DNA from: Candidatus Caldarchaeales archaeon
GTDB taxonomy: Archaea; Thermoproteota; Nitrososphaeria_A; Caldarchaeales; Wolframiiraptoraceae
Length of the DNA stretch: 24,000 nt
Reading direction: 5' to 3'
Assembly (NCBI GenBank): GCA_039630055.1
Contig: JBCNVN010000017.1
Location: 1 to 24,000 of the forward strand
Shown here: positions 23,372 through 24,000 of the stretch, piece after piece
Layout of the letters: every line of letters starts with the position of its first letter
Numbering within the stretch: the first letter of the stretch is position 1
Translations under genes and position numbers: made by a program
The notes under the pieces: model-generated
Told to the model about the DNA's origin: nothing
Database searches by the model: none
The model's input: only the letters and a program-made list of their open reading frames with translations

Positions 23372-23763
23372 AGATCGAGATCCGATTCGGTCAGAGACTA
23401 GAAACTATAATCTTCTTTACCCTGGAGAAGCCTCTTAACATAGAATCGGTCTAATCTCGGTTTTTAATAGTAAAGTTGCTTAGAGAGTTTTACGATCATC
23501 CTCCTTTAACCTCCTGAAATCAATCGGCAGAATCACTTCAAATACTGAGAAATCATCCTAAATTCTTTAAAGGTGGTCTAGTAGATATCTCGCCGTAAGT
23601 GGGTCATATATCGTGGAAGATAAAAAAGATGTGTCTCCATATAGATACAAGCCTATAGATAAGTGATCGGTCTGAGGATTGGTGAAAGCCATGGATTCCT
23701 AAGGCCGTTCTCTACAATTTGTGTTCCCCTCATTTTATCCTTTATTAGTTGGAGAAGGATACT

Positions 23764-24000
23764 ATGCTAACGATGTTGAAAGCTATATACTGGTTTAAGA
23801 GAGACTTAAGGGTTGACGATAATCGAGCTCTCAACGAGGCAGTAGCTTTAGCCGACAGAATAATACCGATATTTATCATAGATGAAGGTCTGCTCAAGGA
23901 TCTGAATATAGATAGAGAAGATCTGAGATTAAGCTTCATTATCAGTGCTTTAAGAAGGCTGAGCAGACAGGTCAAGTTATACGTTTTTTATGGGAAGACT
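23764..24000 (+). CDS. phr: Deoxyribodipyrimidine photolyase / cryptochrome family, N-terminal part (3'-truncated by the window edge)
   Basis: Not in the supplied track because it has no stop in the window. ATG 23764 opens MLTMLKAIYWFKRDLRVDDNRALNEAVALADRIIPIFIIDE...LRLSFIISALRRLSRQ.... The WF(K/R)RDLR..DN.AL ... P.FI.D pattern is the photolyase N-terminal alpha/beta domain. The listed 23745..23975 minus ORF is its antisense shadow. Confidence 0.8.
   Translation, partial: MLTMLKAIYWFKRDLRVDDNRALNEAVALADRIIPIFIIDEGLLKDLNIDREDLRLSFIISALRRLSRQVKLYVFYGKT

Noticed and set aside
23372-23763. 390-bp spacer before the photolyase gene, with tandem GGAGG motifs followed by an 11-codon minus-strand ORF and a 41-aa minus-strand ORF (MAFTNPQTDHL...)
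   Set aside because: The mini-ORFs have no recognisable features or conservation evidence, and the SD-like motifs may be chance. I could see no structured, GC-rich RNA candidate.
23745-23975. 76-aa minus-strand ORF
   Set aside because: It is antisense to the photolyase N-terminal coding region, which has the WFKRDLR..DN.AL signature.

Overview
This is an AT-rich, densely coding archaeal chromosomal fragment with about 22 protein genes and 3 tRNA genes. All homology calls rest on motifs I recognise in the supplied translations; no searches were run.

Archaeal hallmarks:
- Marker genes: uS7, the A-type ATPase proteolipid, TFE-alpha, aTrm56 and AglH.
- tRNAs: three GC-rich tRNAs stand out against the AT-rich background. 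Two carry introns, one at a non-canonical position.
- Translation signals: TATA-like boxes sit about 25 nt upstream of apparently leaderless first genes. GGAGGTGA-type Shine-Dalgarno (SD) sequences precede internal operon genes. GTG and TTG starts are common.
- Lineage: together these suggest a thermophilic TACK/Thermoproteota-type archaeon. I cannot name a genus.

Modules, left to right:
1. The rps7 tail, a decayed gene-poor stretch, a solitary atpK and tRNA-Ser.
2. mtnA.
3. An N-glycosylation locus: a Gfo/Idh/MocA oxidoreductase, a 2-TM microprotein, AglH, a divergent DUF354 GT-B-like protein, and a convergent 535-aa type I membrane protein that looks ribophorin-I/Ost1-like.
4. A segment bounded by tRNA-Glu and tRNA-Val. 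It holds an unannotated 50-aa zinc-ribbon ORF, an orphan amino-methyltransferase, MntP and UvdE.
5. A trm56-tfe pair.
6. codA plus a BMP-type nucleoside ABC importer with a fused double permease.
7. A DsrE-like / TusA / SQR-like sulfur trio.
8. The 5' end of a photolyase gene.

I saw no CRISPR array, transposase, integrase, toxin-antitoxin pair or recognisable defence operon.

The most interesting candidates are the ribophorin-I-like protein beside aglH, the non-canonical tRNA-Glu intron, and the solitary permuted methyltransferase with its neighbouring zinc-ribbon microprotein.
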